Positions 28,816-40,723 of a stretch of DNA of 64,000 nt are shown piece after piece (the first letter of the stretch is position 1; every line of letters begins with the position of its first letter). Source of the stretch: an uncultured Desulfobacter sp. (GTDB lineage Bacteria > Desulfobacterota > Desulfobacteria > Desulfobacterales > Desulfobacteraceae). The position numbers and the translations under genes are program-made. The notes beneath the pieces were generated by a model that saw only the letters and a program-made list of their open reading frames with translations, had not been told where the DNA came from and did no database searches. Location of the stretch: the NCBI GenBank assembly GCA_963665095.1, contig OY762069.1, positions 6,272,001-6,336,000 on the forward strand, in the 5' to 3' direction.

Positions 28816-30075
28816 GTGCCCAAAATGGAAACCTGTTTCAAATTGGATTTAACCTGTATTCAAGAAAGAACCGTGGCCCACGGTGTTTATCAGACTGGAA
28901 TTTTTGATGACCACCGGCTTCATACGGCCCTTCAGCCCATTTACAGCCTGGCCCATAAACGTATTGTCGGCCATGAGGGACTCACCCGGGTTTTCGATGC
29001 CCGGAACAATTCTGTTTCTCCGGCAGACCTTTTTACCCGGGATATTTCCGATGCCCGGATGATCCAGCTGGATCGCCTTACCCGGTGGCTGCATCTCCAG
29101 AATTTCAAGCTGCTCAATGACCCCTTGAACTGGCTGTTCCTCAATGTCACCTCCGAGACCCTTGCCTGGGGCCGGGAGTATGGTCCTTTTTTCAAGACCG
29201 CGCTGGACGCGACTGGCATTCCCGCCCACAGAATTGTGATCGAAGTAGTGGAGCATCCCTTTGAAAATGAAGATCATATCAAAGATGCGGTGGAGTGCTA
29301 CAGAGAACTGGGATGTCTTATTGCACTGGATGATTTTGGGGCCGGCCACTCCAACTTTAACCGGATATGGACCTTAAAACCCGATATTGTCAAGCTTGAC
29401 AGATCCTTTCTGACCCGGGCCGATAACAGTCAGGGGATTCGGAATATGCTGCCGGGGATCGTTTCTCTGCTACATCAGGCAGGCGCCCTGGTCCTGATGG
29501 AAGGGGTTGAAAATCAGGATCAGGCACTGCTTGCCATTGGCAGTGATGTGGATCTGGTTCAGGGATTTTACTTTGGAAAACCCTTTACCGATTTGCTTTC
29601 CCCACCGGACAGATTTGATCAGTTCGCATCCCTTATGGCTTTGTATCGACGTGAAACCAGTCAAACAGAAACCCGGTTTAAGGAAAATATTCTTAGGTAT
29701 CATGATCTGTTCAGCTGTGCTGCAGGTCGTCTCCGGGACGGAGCGTCCATGCCTGATGCCTGCAATCAACTGCTCGAAGATTCGCGTGTGGTTCGTTGTT
29801 TCAGACTGGGAACCAACGGGGTTCAGATCGGCAAAACTCTGATTGCCGAGCGGCATGCAGGATTTAATGATCAGCGTTTTAAACCCCTTGAAGATGCCAG
29901 GAGTGCCGACTGGTTTCGGCGCCACTATCTGAGAAGGGCCATATACCATCCTGAGCAGATTCAGGTCACCCGGCCATATCTTTCCATTACCGGCGCCCAC
30001 ATGTGCATCACCCTGTCCATGAAATTAACATCCCCCTCGGGCGAGAATGTCCTTTGCTGTGATCTGATGGCTTAA
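28816..30075 (+). CDS. EAL-domain c-di-GMP phosphodiesterase with C-terminal EAL-associated domain
   Basis: QPI..EGL.R, LFLN, IEVVE, LDDFGAG, KLDRS, EGVE and QGF motifs; C-terminal TRPYLS..CITLS. Confidence 0.88.
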   Translation: MPKMETCFKLDLTCIQERTVAHGVYQTGIFDDHRLHTALQPIYSLAHKRIVGHEGLTRVFDARNNSVSPADLFTRDISDARMIQLDRLTRWLHLQNFKLLNDPLNWLFLNVTSETLAWGREYGPFFKTALDATGIPAHRIVIEVVEHPFENEDHIKDAVECYRELGCLIALDDFGAGHSNFNRIWTLKPDIVKLDRSFLTRADNSQGIRNMLPGIVSLLHQAGALVLMEGVENQDQALLAIGSDVDLVQGFYFGKPFTDLLSPPDRFDQFASLMALYRRETSQTETRFKENILRYHDLFSCAAGRLRDGASMPDACNQLLEDSRVVRCFRLGTNGVQIGKTLIAERHAGFNDQRFKPLEDARSADWFRRHYLRRAIYHPEQIQVTRPYLSITGAHMCITLSMKLTSPSGENVLCCDLMA

Positions 30076-30303
30076 GGCGGACCAACAGAGATTTTAAACC
30101 GGCAGGAATGATTTGATCCGTAACCTGTCTCAGCAAAATGATTGCAATCCCTTTTTCAATGGCAGAAAGTTATCCCAAACAGCCAAGCCATGGTTTGAAG
30201 CAGATGTTTGGTTCCAGGTGATTGCCTTGTTCATCCATTCTTGATAAATAGGCGGCCGTGTCCTATATAAAATTCAACAATTAAATTCAAAGTAATTGTT
30301 TTT

Positions 30304-31797
30304 ATGATACGGGAAAAACTGGACAAAGTATTAGCAGTCTCGACACTGAAACATATGGGGATAAAAAAGCCGGTTCCCGGTTTCAATATTGGAATTCCCT
30401 TGCTCTCAAGCGTATTTTTAATCCACCAGCGGGAAAAAGAGATAGTTGCATCCAACGCAGACAGGATTGAAAGATATAACAGTGAAACCCTGATGGATGA
30501 CCTGATAGACATAGGCGTCCCTGTTAATATCAACTATGCCATTGTCCTGGAGCAGATTCAAAAGGAAAACTATATCTCCATTGATGAGGATGACTGGTAC
30601 TATGAAGAACGGCTGGGGTCAATTCTAATAAGACTGTTCAGTCTCATATATCCGACCATGCCCGGGCTTGGCATTATTGCCTATTTTAACCAGACTGCAG
30701 AAGAGATAGAGTCCGGGAGAAAGTCTCTTGAACTTGCCATTGAACAGGTGAATAATCAATTACAGATTGAAGGCATTGCCCTTAACTTAACCAAACTGAA
30801 TAAAAGCTACCTGCTTGGCATTAAAAAAATTGTGCTGGCCCAGTCCAGACAGGCCCCTCCCCCAAACAGAAAACACCTGCTGGCCCGCGTGGTTGAAGAG
30901 CGGGAGAAAAAAAGGGCTCAGGCGTTAGAGACAATTTCAGATCAGATGGCCATGAGACCCTACCTGCCGGTCCTGCCTGTAAACGAGCGGCTGGTTAAAG
31001 ATCAAATTAACCAGAAATTTTCTACCAACCTTGATATTTCAGAAATCATTTTAAGTGATATGGCAATGGTTTTAAATATTTTAAAGGCAGCTAACCTGAA
31101 ATCATCTAGAAAAAAACTGGGTGCCATCTCCCACGCTATCATGCTTCTTGGGCATGAAGAGCTTAAAAATATCGTCAATAAATTTGTTTCCCTTGAAACC
31201 ATCAAAGATCCGAAATATCTTGCAGAGTTCGAAAATAACTATTTCAGCGCGTTTATGGGGTACCGTATTGCAGTCAACTATCTTTCCAGGCGCGATATAA
31301 AGGATTTTGAAGAGATTTCTATTTGCGCCATGATCCATAATCTTGGCCAGATCATTGTACTTGCGTACTACCCTGAAGCCTATTTTGAAATTAAGAATCT
31401 CATTGAATCGAAAAATATCAATAAAAGAAAAGCCGCAAGAAAAATAATTGGTACGACCTACGACAGTGTCGGTATTTACTTTGCAAACCAGTGGGGATTC
31501 CCCTTCAGAATTGTGGAAAGCCTGAAGACTTGCTACTTTAACCGCGTGGGCAAAACCAAAGAGGATGTACTGGTCAACTTCCCTTTTTGCGCCACGGAAC
31601 TTTGTGCCTTTGCAGGCGGTGTCCTGGATCAAAAGCAGACACGGCGTCTCAGGGAACTTATTAACAGCCTGAATATGTTTTCAAAAGAAATTTCAACGCT
31701 GATTGAGAAAGCCTGGGCAGACACCACCCGGTTTTCAAGCGACCATGGCATCAATTTAAAAAAGAAATTTCTATCTAAAATTGCTGCAACCGGTTAA
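30304..31797 (+). CDS. HDOD-domain protein
   Basis: LP.LP..IILSD...ILKAAN..ISHAIMLLG, IHNLG and QWGFP. Confidence 0.8.
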   Translation: MIREKLDKVLAVSTLKHMGIKKPVPGFNIGIPLLSSVFLIHQREKEIVASNADRIERYNSETLMDDLIDIGVPVNINYAIVLEQIQKENYISIDEDDWYYEERLGSILIRLFSLIYPTMPGLGIIAYFNQTAEEIESGRKSLELAIEQVNNQLQIEGIALNLTKLNKSYLLGIKKIVLAQSRQAPPPNRKHLLARVVEEREKKRAQALETISDQMAMRPYLPVLPVNERLVKDQINQKFSTNLDISEIILSDMAMVLNILKAANLKSSRKKLGAISHAIMLLGHEELKNIVNKFVSLETIKDPKYLAEFENNYFSAFMGYRIAVNYLSRRDIKDFEEISICAMIHNLGQIIVLAYYPEAYFEIKNLIESKNINKRKAARKIIGTTYDSVGIYFANQWGFPFRIVESLKTCYFNRVGKTKEDVLVNFPFCATELCAFAGGVLDQKQTRRLRELINSLNMFSKEISTLIEKAWADTTRFSSDHGINLKKKFLSKIAATG

Positions 31798-32075
31798 TTG
31801 TTTGGGTCGATTACATTAAAGCGGTTTGAAATTGGGGGCGTCTTGACCCGGCCTTTAATGGGTGACCCCATTGTTTTGTTCGTTGTAGATTTTTCTTGAC
31901 AAGACCAGATGGTTTGCCTAAATTTTGATTCAACACTTATAATCAAAAATATTCTTTTTTCTTCCATATTATTATTGATTATTGGATCTTTTCATTTTGG
32001 ACTGCGCTGATTGCTGCGTTTCAGTTTCTTATGTGTCTTTTCTTGGAAGAGGATCGATTTGCCAGGAGGGATAGT

Positions 32076-33803
32076 ATGAGAAAATACATGCCTTTTTTCA
32101 GTTTCAACGATATGGGCATAGCGGTAAAAACATCTCTGGTCAGCAGTTTTGTCGTTCTGGTTCTTTTAGCTACAATTGCAGGGGTCATTTTATCCATGGA
32201 GTCGAAGATGGTCGAACATATTATTGATTCTTTTGCCGCAAAGGAGATGGAAACAACCCGACGAATCGTCAAAGAGGAGAAACTTGCCCTGGCAAAAAGG
32301 CATAAGGTTAATGTAAAAATTTGTGCTGGCCTGGCTGCGCCATTTGTCTACAATTTTGAGCAGGAAGAGTTGGCTACGTTTTTGAAAACTTTTTTAAGCC
32401 TGCCTGATATTGTGGCGATTTCGGTGACAGATGCCGAAAATAAACCATTTTCCGCAATATGGCGAAAAGACAATGAGATATTGTCTGCTGACAAACTTGA
32501 ACCGGGTATGGTCGTTGATGAAAAATTGTCGTTTGTAGAAGATATTCTTATGGGAGGCGAAAAGATCGGCTTAGTGCGTCTCTACTTTACGGATGAACTG
32601 ATCAACAAAGTCCTGGAGGACAACAAAAACGAAAGCCGGCAATCCGTTGAACTTTTCAGAAAGAGCATCGATGCCAGGGCCAGCAAGGATCTTACGATTA
32701 AAATTTTTGCATTCTCTGTGGTTATTGTTGTCCTGGTATGTACGATTTTTTTAACTCTGAAAGCGATTGTTCTCAAACCCCTGCACAGGGTGACCTTGGG
32801 GCTTAAGGACATTGCCCAGGGAGAAGGCGATCTGACCAAACGGCTCGAAAGCAAATCAAAAGATGAAGTCGGGGAACTGGCAAAGTGGTTTGATCAGTTT
32901 ATAGGCAAGGTCCATGAAATTATTACGGGCCTGGCACAAGGCACTGACAAACTTGACCACTCTTCGGAGACGCTCAAACGGGTTTCAGCACACATGACGG
33001 TCAATGCCGATCATGCCTCTGAAAAAACCAGGGAGGTATCCGAACGTTTCGTATCGGTCTCCAAAACAATGGCTTCCGTGGCCAATGAGATGGAAGAGGC
33101 GTCTTCGAATATTTCAACAGTGGCGGCTGCAACCGAGGAGATGACTGCCACAATTACCGAAATTTCAAGCAGTACCGGAAAAGCAAATACAGCAACGGCA
33201 GACGCGGTCGAATATGTCGGCATGGCTACCCAGCAGGTCGGAGAGCTTGATCTGGCCGCCCAGCAGATAGGGAAAGTTCTGGAGACCATAACTGATATTT
33301 CAGACCAGGTGAATTTACTATCGCTGAATGCTACTATTGAGGCGGCCCGGGCCGGGGAGGCCGGAAAAGGATTTGCTGTGGTCGCAGGGGAAATTAAAAC
33401 CCTGGCTGTCCAGACATCTGAGGCGACAAGCGAAATAAAATCCCGGGTGGACAGTATCCAGTCTGCAACCGGGGTTACCATCGATAAAATCAAGTCCATT
33501 TCAACAATTGTGAACGATGTCGATCAGATCGTATCGACGATTGCCGCTGCTGTGGAGGAACAATCCGCTACTACCCAGGAAATTGCAGGGAATGTCGGCT
33601 ATCTTTCTGAAAGTATAAATAATGTCAATCAAGATGTAGCCGACAGCAATACGGCCATATCCGATATTGCGATCCAGATTGTTCAGGTGACGAAAACCTC
33701 CGACGATATCTCATCTGAAAGCAGCAAGGTCAGCACAAATGCCGAGGATTTAGCTGAGTTGTCCAGGCACCAGAGTGAAGTGGTTAACCGGTTTAAAATT
33801 TAG
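32076..33803 (+). CDS. Methyl-accepting chemotaxis protein
   Basis: Two transmembrane segments, HAMP ([16 protein letters not shown]) and signalling motif [30 protein letters not shown] precedes ATG 32076. Confidence 0.93.
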   Translation: MRKYMPFFSFNDMGIAVKTSLVSSFVVLVLLATIAGVILSMESKMVEHIIDSFAAKEMETTRRIVKEEKLALAKRHKVNVKICAGLAAPFVYNFEQEELATFLKTFLSLPDIVAISVTDAENKPFSAIWRKDNEILSADKLEPGMVVDEKLSFVEDILMGGEKIGLVRLYFTDELINKVLEDNKNESRQSVELFRKSIDARASKDLTIKIFAFSVVIVVLVCTIFLTLKAIVLKPLHRVTLGLKDIAQGEGDLTKRLESKSKDEVGELAKWFDQFIGKVHEIITGLAQGTDKLDHSSETLKRVSAHMTVNADHASEKTREVSERFVSVSKTMASVANEMEEASSNISTVAAATEEMTATITEISSSTGKANTATADAVEYVGMATQQVGELDLAAQQIGKVLETITDISDQVNLLSLNATIEAARAGEAGKGFAVVAGEIKTLAVQTSEATSEIKSRVDSIQSATGVTIDKIKSISTIVNDVDQIVSTIAAAVEEQSATTQEIAGNVGYLSESINNVNQDVADSNTAISDIAIQIVQVTKTSDDISSESSKVSTNAEDLAELSRHQSEVVNRFKI

Positions 33804-33900
33804 AACCGCAGATGAAATAAATTAAGCAGGAATTACGCCGAGCCTTGGCTCATGTACACGGCGTATCAAATGTTCAATAAAATATAATGAGGAGAATATT

Positions 33901-34617
33901 ATGATCAGACTGGCAATGGTACTTATTTCATTGGTTTTATCGGTATCTGTTGTGTCGGCAAAGGAAATTACCCTTGTGGCTGGACTGTCACTGCCGCCAT
34001 ATATCATCCAGGAAACCAACAACGGCATGGAATATGATATCGTAAAAGAGGCCCTGGCCAAAAACGGACATACACTTAAATTAAAATCCGTACCTTTTAT
34101 CCGGGTCAGTTTTGAATACAAAAAATTCGACGGGGCGATTACCATTAACGAGGCCTCCGGCGTAAAGGGGAACTATTCCGATGTGACCATGGTGTATCAG
34201 AATTTTGCCATTTCACTTAAAGACAAGGCTGTCCCGATCAGTACGATTCAGGATTTGGGAGACAAAAACATTGTTGCTTTCCAGAATGCGACAAAGTATC
34301 TGGGAGAGGAATATAAAAAAATTGTCGAATCCAATCCCAACTATAAGGAACAGGGCAAACAGGAAGTTCAGGTCAAACTGCTTTATTCCGGCCGGGCCGA
34401 CGCCATTGTATCGGATATCAATATTTTTAAATACTACCGTAAAGCGGTCACGGGGGTGGATACCAGCGCTGAAGTGGTTTACCACAATATTTTCCCGGAA
34501 ACCGAATATAAAGTGCTGTTCAATGATCCGGCCATTCGAGACGAGTTTAACCAGGCACTGGCTGATCTGAGATCTTCCGGGCGGTATCAGGAGATTATTA
34601 ATAATTATATTAAATGA
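33901..34617 (+). CDS. Amino-acid-type periplasmic substrate-binding protein (family 3)
   Basis: Signal peptide, LPPY..G.EYDI, GRADAIV.D and FNQAL..L..SG.Y. Confidence 0.82.
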   Translation: MIRLAMVLISLVLSVSVVSAKEITLVAGLSLPPYIIQETNNGMEYDIVKEALAKNGHTLKLKSVPFIRVSFEYKKFDGAITINEASGVKGNYSDVTMVYQNFAISLKDKAVPISTIQDLGDKNIVAFQNATKYLGEEYKKIVESNPNYKEQGKQEVQVKLLYSGRADAIVSDINIFKYYRKAVTGVDTSAEVVYHNIFPETEYKVLFNDPAIRDEFNQALADLRSSGRYQEIINNYIK

Positions 34618-34705
34618 TCAGACATCCTGGAATAAATCGGATCCAGGAAGATATGATTTTTTCAGTGACTTGGTTTGATTTATATTTAAAGCCGTAATAA
34701 TTTGA

Positions 34706-34747
34706 GGGGATACGATACGTAAATTTACATTCAGGTATCATATCCCC
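34706..34747. terminator. Hairpin between convergent genes
   Basis: GGGGATACGATAC/GTATCATATCCCC stem. Confidence 0.45.
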
Positions 34748-34780
34748 CGAGCGAATGTGCTATTGTCCGAGATGAAACTT

Positions 34781-35653
34781 TTAAATCAGGTTCTCTTTTT
34801 TAAGTGTCTCCACAATGGCTTTGGTGGAGCGGCTGCGGTTCATGGTGTAAATATGCAGACCCGGTACACCTTTGGCTAAGAGCCCTCTGCACTGCTCTGT
34901 GGCATAGTCAATGCCAAGATCAAGCACAGCATCCTTATCGTCTTTGTCCACGGCATCCATTTTTGCCTGCATGGCAGCAGGAATACTGGTGCCGCATACC
35001 GAAGTCAGGATCTTTGTCAGTTTCAGCGTATATACAGGCATGATTCCGGGGATAATGGGAATGGTGATACCGGCATCGCGGCATTTGTCCACATAGGAAA
35101 AGAATAAGTCATTGTCATAAAAAAACTGGACCACCGCATATTCCGCACCGGCATCCTGTTTCATTTTCAGATAGTTAATGTCAGCCTCAAGGCTTTCAGC
35201 CTGAACATGGCCTTCGGGATAACCGGCACATCCCAGGGTAAAGTCATAGTTATCTTTGATGAATTTAATCAAGTCGCAGGCATAGGGAAAGCTGTCCGGA
35301 TGGGCCTTGAAGTTTTCATCTTTGGGCTGGTCTCCCCTGAGGACAAAAATCGTTTCAATGCCAAGGGCCTTATATTTGTCCAGAACACCTTTGATTTCAT
35401 CCGGGCCAAGGCCGAAACCGGCAATGTAGGCCACGGTGGGAAGCTTTCTGTCCAGAAGGGTCTTAACGGTATCGTAGGAACCTTCCTTGGTGGAACCGCC
35501 GGCACCGAAAGTGACGCTGAAGTAGTCCGGAGTCAGAGGGGTCAGGGTATCAATAACAGTATTAAAAGAGGCCTGGGTTTTTTCATCCCGGAAGGGAAAG
35601 AACTCAAAGGACAGGGCTGGCTGTTTGTCTTTGTAAAGTTGTGCAACGCGCAT
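34781..35653 (-). CDS. metF: Methylenetetrahydrofolate reductase
   Basis: SFEFFP, SVTFGAGGS, LRGD, AGYPEGH, QFFYD and HIYTMN. Confidence 0.93.
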   Translation of the reverse strand: MRVAQLYKDKQPALSFEFFPFRDEKTQASFNTVIDTLTPLTPDYFSVTFGAGGSTKEGSYDTVKTLLDRKLPTVAYIAGFGLGPDEIKGVLDKYKALGIETIFVLRGDQPKDENFKAHPDSFPYACDLIKFIKDNYDFTLGCAGYPEGHVQAESLEADINYLKMKQDAGAEYAVVQFFYDNDLFFSYVDKCRDAGITIPIIPGIMPVYTLKLTKILTSVCGTSIPAAMQAKMDAVDKDDKDAVLDLGIDYATEQCRGLLAKGVPGLHIYTMNRSRSTKAIVETLKKENLI

Positions 35654-36132
35654 ATTTGAAATCTCCTTTTTCTAAAATTTTGTTTATCTTCTTTTTTTAT
35701 CTTCGCCACCATGCTGGTGAAAAAATTCATTGTATGCTGCATGGAAAATGTCTTTCGGTTTCACAGCACCAAACCAGAATAACAAAGCAAATTATATGCC
35801 TTTGGATCAATCTGGCAACGAAGGAAAAAAACAGGATGGCTCATGGGGACAGACTGGTTTGATGACATAACTGAAACTGTTAAAAATTCAGATGGTTAGT
35901 TAAGATAAAATCCATAAGACATCATAAAAATTTTATTAAGCCTGACCCAAAACGGTCGGAGTCACAAGGCGCACCATTGCACTGAATCGCATAATTGACA
36001 CCCCTGTGTTGCAATTGCGCATTTTCCGGTTCGTGGTAAACGATACGTGATTCAAAAGACTTTTTTCGAATCCCGTATCGTGCATCCTTAAAAATTATAG
36101 AGGGCAACGGACAATACAATACTTAGATATGG

Positions 36133-37767
36133 TCAGGTCCGTGACAAAATCCTGCCTGATCGGCACCCGGTGTGTCTGCCTTCACGTACTGTGATCTCTC
36201 CGTTCACCAGAACATAATGGACCCCACTGGCTGTCTGATGCGGGGCCGTAAAGGTCGCCTGATCCTGAATGGTATCCGGGTCAAAAATGGTAATATCGGC
36301 CATATATTCTTCCCTGATCAGGCCGCGGTCCCTGAACCCCAGTTTTCGGGCCGGCATGCCTGTCATTTTGGCAACGGCCGTTTCCAGGGTCAAAAGGTTT
36401 TTCTCCCTGACATATTGTGCCAGGACCCTGGCAAAGGTGCCGTAGCTGCGGGGGTGGATGCTGCGTGTCAGGGCCTCAGGCGTCGGCGACATGGACATGC
36501 CGTCGGATCCGATCATGGTGGCCGGATGGACCAGAAACCGTTCCAGATCCTGGTCGCTCATGGTGAACCCGATGAGGGAAAGCCGTCCCTGCTCCTGGAT
36601 AAACAGATCACACACAACCTCCAGCGGGGTGGTGTGGCGGGTTTGTGCGATCTCTTCGATATTCTTGCCTTCCAGTTCAAGGTTCGATCTCGTAGTAAAT
36701 CCTGTAAGCAGCGCTTTGTCCCATGTCATCCCGTCCATGAAGTATTCCCAGTTATAGGGCGGCTGTGCCATGTCCCGAATAATCTCCCCGCGGGTGTCAG
36801 CCATTGAGAGCAGGTCAATGAGATGCTCCGGCCCCTTGTTCTTGGCCCAGGTGGGAAACAGTTCCAGAAGACCTGTGGACCAGGCCGGGTAGGGGTATTC
36901 GTCAAAATCCACAGGGATGCCTTTGCTGCGGGCATGGTCAAGCATCTCCATGACAAGCACGGATTTGCCCCAGTTGGCAGGCAGGTCACATTTAAGATGG
37001 GATATTTCCAGAGAGACCCCGGACCGGGCACTGATTTCAAGGGCCTCTTTAACAGCCTCAATCATTTCATTGCCTTCACTGCGCATATGAAGTGAGAAGA
37101 TGCCGCCGGCTTCTGCCACCACTGTGTTTATTTCCGCCAGTTCATCCATGCCGGCAAAGGCGCCGGGATGATAAATCAGTCCGCCGGACATGCCAAAGGC
37201 CCCCTGGTCCAGTTCCCGCTGGAGCAGGCGTTTCATCCCGGCCATCTGTTCGGCATCGGCAGGCTGTTCTTCAAACCCCATCACCGCACAGCGAAGTGTG
37301 CCGTGGCCCACCAGGGGGGCGATGTTTACTGAAATACCGTCGCTCAAAGCGCTCTTCAGATAATCCATCATGCTCTGCCAGGGCCACTTACTGGTTCCCT
37401 GTGGAATTTTTGGCATGCTGCCGGCCGTTCCCAGCACCATAAGGGCCTCTTTTAAAAATTGGGAGGAGACCGGTCCCATGCTGATGCCGCAATTGCCCAC
37501 CACCTCAGTGGTCACCCCCTGGAGCAGTCGGCTATGGGCATCGGGAAACTGCGCAAGGGTGGCATCCGAATGGGAGTGGATATCAATAAAACCGGGACTT
37601 ACCACCAGTCCTTGGGCATCAATGTTGTTTTCAGCATGCGCTTTGATATCCGCTTCAATTTTAACTATTTTTCCATCGGCAATGCCGATGTCAGCTATCT
37701 GTTCAGCCATTGGGGCAGGCTGGCCGGATCCGTCAATGATCCGTCCGTTTCTGATAATGCAGTCCAC
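36133..37767 (-). CDS. N-acyl-D-amino-acid deacylase (D-aminoacylase)
   Basis: PGFIDIHSHSD, QGVTTEVVGNCG, HMRSE, SHLK and HPRSYGTF. Confidence 0.9.
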   Translation of the reverse strand: MDCIIRNGRIIDGSGQPAPMAEQIADIGIADGKIVKIEADIKAHAENNIDAQGLVVSPGFIDIHSHSDATLAQFPDAHSRLLQGVTTEVVGNCGISMGPVSSQFLKEALMVLGTAGSMPKIPQGTSKWPWQSMMDYLKSALSDGISVNIAPLVGHGTLRCAVMGFEEQPADAEQMAGMKRLLQRELDQGAFGMSGGLIYHPGAFAGMDELAEINTVVAEAGGIFSLHMRSEGNEMIEAVKEALEISARSGVSLEISHLKCDLPANWGKSVLVMEMLDHARSKGIPVDFDEYPYPAWSTGLLELFPTWAKNKGPEHLIDLLSMADTRGEIIRDMAQPPYNWEYFMDGMTWDKALLTGFTTRSNLELEGKNIEEIAQTRHTTPLEVVCDLFIQEQGRLSLIGFTMSDQDLERFLVHPATMIGSDGMSMSPTPEALTRSIHPRSYGTFARVLAQYVREKNLLTLETAVAKMTGMPARKLGFRDRGLIREEYMADITIFDPDTIQDQATFTAPHQTASGVHYVLVNGEITVREGRHTGCRSGRILSRT

Positions 37768-37794
37768 TATATTTTTCCTGTTTCTGTAACTTGA

Positions 37795-38766
37795 TTAGAT
37801 GTTGCCCGCCTTATGACAGGCCACCCAGTGGCCTGCCTCCATCTGCCGCAGTTCCGGAACCACCTGTTGGCACGCCTCGGTGCTGAAGGGACAGCGCGGA
37901 CTTAACCGGCAGCCCGGGGAGAGCTCAATCAGGCTGGGCGGGGTTTCGGAGAGCAGCAGCCTCCCGCGGCCCCGCTGGTGGGGTGACAACGGGGGAGACG
38001 AGGAGTCAAGCCCCCGGGTGTACGGGTGAAGGGGGTGTTTCATGACCAGATCCACAGGGCCGATCTCCATGAGTTTGCCCAGGTACATGATGGCCACCCG
38101 GTCACTGATGTATCGCACCACATTGAGATCATGGGTGATGAAAAGATAGGAGAGGCCAAACTCCTGCTGCAGGTCCAGCAGCACATTGAGCACCTGGGCC
38201 TGGACAGAAATATCCAGGGCTGAGGTGGGCTCGTCCAGTACCAGCAGCTGTGGCTGCAAAAGCAGGGCCCGGGCCACGCTGACCCGTTGCAACTGTCCCC
38301 CGCTCAACTGATGGGGATATCTTTCCAGGCACTCACGGCCCAAGTTAACTTTTTTCAGCACCTGTTTGATCTTGGAATCCGCAAGATACCTGGCCGTGCC
38401 GTTGGCAAGCAACGGCCTGCGCAGCGACCAGAGGATGGTGGCCCGCGGGTTCATGGAGACGGACGGATCCTGGAATACAATGCCCATCTGTTTACGCAGA
38501 TTTTTTTCCATGCGGTGGGTGGCATTGACCACATCGGTATTTTCAAAGAGGATACTGCCGGAGGTGGGCGTGATCAGTTTCATGATGAGCCGTGCCACCG
38601 TGCTTTTGCCGGAGCCGCTCTCTCCCACCAGTCCCAGTGTTTCGCCTTTGCCGATGGAAAAGCTGATATCATCCACCGCCCTGACCTGGGAGGAGACACT
38701 TTTAAACAGCCCTTTACGGAGTTCAAAATACTTTTTCAGATTGAAAACATTGACAAGTTCGGCCAT
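37795..38766 (-). CDS. Oligopeptide ABC ATP-binding protein (OppF/DppF type)
   Basis: GESGSGKS, YPHQLSGGQ, HPYT and C-terminal Cys motif. Confidence 0.92.
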   Translation of the reverse strand: MAELVNVFNLKKYFELRKGLFKSVSSQVRAVDDISFSIGKGETLGLVGESGSGKSTVARLIMKLITPTSGSILFENTDVVNATHRMEKNLRKQMGIVFQDPSVSMNPRATILWSLRRPLLANGTARYLADSKIKQVLKKVNLGRECLERYPHQLSGGQLQRVSVARALLLQPQLLVLDEPTSALDISVQAQVLNVLLDLQQEFGLSYLFITHDLNVVRYISDRVAIMYLGKLMEIGPVDLVMKHPLHPYTRGLDSSSPPLSPHQRGRGRLLLSETPPSLIELSPGCRLSPRCPFSTEACQQVVPELRQMEAGHWVACHKAGNI

Positions 38767-38769
38767 GGC

Positions 38770-39870
38770 TTATTCTCCTGTCATCCGGTCTGATACATGC
38801 CAGCAGGCCGCCTTGTGTGTGGGGGTGAGCTCCTGCATCCCGGGCATTTTTTCAGCACAGATCTTTGTGCGGTCCGGGCAGCGGTCGTGAAAGGGGCATC
38901 CGGGAAAGGGGATAAAGGGATCGGGCAGGGTGCCGGGGATGGTGAGAAGCCGCCGGTCGTGCTTGGTGCCCGAGGGCAGGGATTCCATGAGCATCCGGGT
39001 GTAGGGGTGGCACGGGGCATCAAATATATCAAATACACCGCCTTCCTCCACCATGACACCGGCGTACATGACGCCTACCCGGTCGGCAATCTCCGCCACA
39101 ATGCCGAAATCATGAGTGATCACCCATACGGACATGCCCAAAGTATCCCGGATGGAAAGAATCAGCTCCAGAATCCGGGCCTGGATGGTGACATCAAGGG
39201 CGGTGGTGGGTTCGTCGGCAATGAGCAGGTTCGGGGATCGCGAGAGCATCATGCCGATCATCACCCGCTGGCGCATGCCCCCGGACAGCTCCTGGGGGTA
39301 GCTTCCAATTCTCCGGTCAGGATCGGAGAGCCGGACCTGTTCAAACAGTTTGAGCACCTGCTGCCACGCCTGGGGTTTGGGGATATTGTCCAGCCGGATG
39401 GCCTCGTACACCTGCCGGCCTGACCGGTACAAAGGATTCAGGGAGTTCAGCGGATCCTGGAAAATCATGCTGATCTCCTTTCCCCGGATGGTGCACATCT
39501 GATCTTCGGTGAGATCCAGAAGGTTTTTATCCTTATACAGCACCGTACCCGCGATGCGGTGATGGGGCGCGTTGATCTGGTTGATCAGGCGCATGACCGC
39601 ATGGGCGGTACTGGATTTCCCGCAGCCGGACTCCCCCACCAGGGCATAGATCTCGCCTTTGCGGATATCAAAGCTGACGCTCTTGACTGCCGTGGCCATG
39701 CCCGATGGGGTGCTGAAGGCAATTTCAAGGTCCGCGATGGAGAGCACGGCCTGGCCTTCGTTGGAACTTATGGCCGGGTTCAAACCGGTGCCGGGTGAAT
39801 CCGGAACTGCTGAGTCCGGGTCGGTTGACCCTTGACAGGTTTCCCTATGGATTGGATGGGAATCGTTCAA
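38770..39870 (-). CDS. Oligopeptide ABC ATP-binding protein (OppD/DppD type)
   Basis: [16 protein letters not shown] and [12 protein letters not shown] start at 39870 chosen from GAGAGG; start uncertain. Confidence 0.88.
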   Translation of the reverse strand: MNDSHPIHRETCQGSTDPDSAVPDSPGTGLNPAISSNEGQAVLSIADLEIAFSTPSGMATAVKSVSFDIRKGEIYALVGESGCGKSSTAHAVMRLINQINAPHHRIAGTVLYKDKNLLDLTEDQMCTIRGKEISMIFQDPLNSLNPLYRSGRQVYEAIRLDNIPKPQAWQQVLKLFEQVRLSDPDRRIGSYPQELSGGMRQRVMIGMMLSRSPNLLIADEPTTALDVTIQARILELILSIRDTLGMSVWVITHDFGIVAEIADRVGVMYAGVMVEEGGVFDIFDAPCHPYTRMLMESLPSGTKHDRRLLTIPGTLPDPFIPFPGCPFHDRCPDRTKICAEKMPGMQELTPTHKAACWHVSDRMTGE

Positions 39871-39883
39871 AATAATGCGCCTC

Positions 39884-40723
39884 TCATACCTTGAGGCGCG
39901 GGTCCAGCACATCCCGCAACCCCTCTCCCAAAAGGTTGAACCCCAGGACAATGTAAATAATGGCAAGGCCCGGAAAAATGCTGATCCACGGGGCTTTGCG
40001 CACATAGGTCATGCTCTCTGATAAAATGACGCCCCAGTCCGGGGCAGGGGGCTGGGCCCCCAGGCCTAAGAATCCCATGGCTGTGGTGTCAATAATGGCG
40101 GTGGGCAGCGCCAGGGTGGCCAGCACAATGATCACAGGAAAAACATTGGGCAGAATATAGCGCATAATGATGCTGAAATCACTCTCCCCCATGGCCCGGG
40201 CCGCCTCCACATAGGGCATGTTTTTCAGCGCCTGGGTCTTGGAGCGGACAATTCGGGTAAACTGGGCCCAGGAGACCGCGGCAATGGCAATGATCACATT
40301 GGTCAGGCTGGGTCCTAACACCGTACAGATGGCAATGGCCAGGATGATGGTGGGAAGCGCCCAGATCACATCGGTGATAAAGATGATCACCCGGTCCTGC
40401 CATCCGCCGTAAAAGCCTGCCAGAAGGCCCAAGGTAACCCCCACCAGCACCTGGATGGAGACGGCAATAACGCCTACTTTCAACGCAATCCTGGAACCGT
40501 ACACCACCCGGGAAAATGCATCCCGGCCGTAATTGTCCGTGCCGAAATAATGCACGGAAGAGGGCGGTTTCAGCGCGCTTAACACATCCATTTCATCAAA
40601 GGTAAAAGGCGCAATGATATCTGCAAAGATGGCCGTAATAATCACGCTGAGCATGATAGTAAAACCGGCCACAAAGGTTTTGTTTTTAAAGGCCGCTGCA
40701 AAGGCGGCAAAGGTCTGTTTCAT
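39884..40723 (-). CDS. Oligopeptide ABC permease (OppC/DppC type)
   Basis: HYFGTDNYGRD, EAARAMG and FLGLGAQPP.PDWG. Confidence 0.92.
   Translation of the reverse strand: MKQTFAAFAAAFKNKTFVAGFTIMLSVIITAIFADIIAPFTFDEMDVLSALKPPSSVHYFGTDNYGRDAFSRVVYGSRIALKVGVIAVSIQVLVGVTLGLLAGFYGGWQDRVIIFITDVIWALPTIILAIAICTVLGPSLTNVIIAIAAVSWAQFTRIVRSKTQALKNMPYVEAARAMGESDFSIIMRYILPNVFPVIIVLATLALPTAIIDTTAMGFLGLGAQPPAPDWGVILSESMTYVRKAPWISIFPGLAIIYIVLGFNLLGEGLRDVLDPRLKV

Noticed and set aside
35654..35900. SAM riboswitch upstream of metF
   Set aside because: No SAM-I consensus (TTATC..GAGGGA..GGCAACC..GGTGC..GATAA) could be assembled.
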